Source: Waterburya sp. (GTDB taxonomy: Bacteria > Cyanobacteriota > Cyanobacteriia > Cyanobacteriales > Xenococcaceae). Taken from it: a stretch of 64,000 nt of DNA. A model generated the notes under the pieces. That model was given only the letters and a program-made list of their open reading frames with translations. It was not told where the DNA came from and did not search any database. Below are positions 63,010 to 64,000 of this stretch, in pieces. The stretch is taken from positions 1,184,001-1,248,000 of the forward strand of contig CBDCJV010000002.1 in NCBI GenBank assembly GCA_965217895.1, given 5' to 3'. Position numbers and translations under genes: made by a program. The first letter of the stretch is position 1, and each line of letters starts with the position of its first letter.

Positions 63010-63115
63010 TTAATGACCAATGAATAAACTTTATTCCTCATCCTTCATCCTTCATCCCTTATCCCTTAGAATGTACAATGTCTCTGGAGTAGTTTTTAAA
63101 AGGATATAGTAACAG

Positions 63116-63658
63116 GTGGTCAAAAAATTGAGTAATGCAATCTTAATTAGTATTGCCGTAGTTTTTCTGTGTGGCTCGGTACTGATATTTTCTGCTTTGA
63201 CTAACAATTTTAAGCAGCAAGCGATCGCCTCGGAAATACAACAGCCTACGACTAATTCTCCCCAACTAATCGCTCAAAGTAATACCCCTCAAGAGGAAAA
63301 TTCTATGGATTTAGACAACGCTCAAACTACAGATTCAGGCTTAAAGTATATTGTTGTCAAAGAAGGTGACGGTGCGTCTCCCCAAAGAGGCGAAAACGTG
63401 ACAGTTCACTATACAGGCACTCTAGAAGACGGTACCAAGTTTGATAGCTCTCGCGATCGCAATCGTCCTTTTTCTTTTAAAATTGGCGTTGGTCAAGTAA
63501 TCAAAGGTTGGGATGAAGGAGTAGCCGATATGAAAGTCGGTGAAAGACGCACTCTGATTATTCCTCCTGAATTGGGTTACGGTGCAAGAGGTGCAGGTGG
63601 GGTGATTCCACCCAATGCCACTTTAGTTTTTGATGTGGAATTATTAAAAATTGGTTAA
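63116..63658 (+). CDS. FKBP-type peptidyl-prolyl isomerase
   Basis: [45 protein letters not shown]. Confidence 0.95.
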   Translation: MVKKLSNAILISIAVVFLCGSVLIFSALTNNFKQQAIASEIQQPTTNSPQLIAQSNTPQEENSMDLDNAQTTDSGLKYIVVKEGDGASPQRGENVTVHYTGTLEDGTKFDSSRDRNRPFSFKIGVGQVIKGWDEGVADMKVGERRTLIIPPELGYGARGAGGVIPPNATLVFDVELLKIG

Positions 63659-63690
63659 TTAGTTTCTGTCGCTTTATTCAATATATAAGG

Positions 63691-63849
63691 GTGGGCAAAT
63701 TTTAAACATATAGCAATCGAATCATAGATTAGGACATCTTTTAATTTCTCTGCGTCTTTGCGCCTCTGCGCCAGATAATTATTTATAGTCTTAACCTTTA
63801 CTTCAACTGCTATATCTTTATTTACCTAAACTTTTTATTTTTTGCCCAC
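63691..63849. repeat. Nested palindromic repeats: GTGGGCAAA/TTTGCCCAC around a TATAGC...GCTATA element
   Basis: Outer IR at 63691-63699 and 63841-63849; inner element 63709-63814 with CTYTGCGY octamers. Confidence 0.55.
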
Positions 63850-64000
63850 AAAAACCAATTTATTTTTTCGATTTAATTGCAGCTGCATCTATAAACTTGA
63901 AAGTGCGATAATATTTGTAAGGCTTTCTACCGCTTTATTTCGATCCCTTTACTTCAGATAATTTTATAGTGGGATGGGAGTATTTCTAATTATTTTGCGC

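Larger units (their letters stand above)
1023..63460. other. HIP1 octamer GCGATCGC highly over-represented throughout
   Basis: Dozens of copies in coding and intergenic DNA, e.g. 28536, 47678, 50721. Confidence 0.95.

Noticed and set aside
1..64000. CRISPR array, rRNA or tRNA genes
   Set aside because: No regularly spaced 25-40 bp repeats with unique spacers and no recognisable structural RNA genes; the tandem repeats are 7-9 bp units.

Overview
AT-rich cyanobacterial chromosomal window. It carries psbDC, ycf4 and ycf23, very frequent HIP1 octamers (GCGATCGC) and heptamer tandem repeats; a Pleurocapsales-like origin is inference only. The backbone is housekeeping: ispG, psbDC, ycf4, galE, trpS, metF, mfd, nadA, trmL, gshA, an FKBP, and an NtcA-controlled urea/amide ABC transporter divergent from formamidase fmdAB. 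Small accessory modules are interspersed. (1) A catalytically intact long prokaryotic Argonaute (DEDD) lies between what look like the two ends of a MITE, with a partial target-site duplication; an empty copy of that MITE is at 30237-30429. (2) An Abi-P2/AbiK-like reverse transcriptase, a DUF29 gene and a decayed Phd-RelE module form an islet bounded by a HIP1-anchored duplication of the mfd 3' end. (3) A hicAB islet has the same HIP1-anchored 3'-end duplication. (4) An HsdR_N-nuclease/ParA fusion is coupled to a ParB-like/HhH gene. (5) An orphan phosphorothioation-associated methyltransferase is followed by an attC-like site and brnTA. (6) There is an archaeal-type CTP-dependent riboflavin kinase, plus nested MITEs and structured GC-rich mini-elements, some inserted in frame in genes. 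No rRNA, tRNA or CRISPR array was seen. All calls come from motif recognition by eye; no database search was run.
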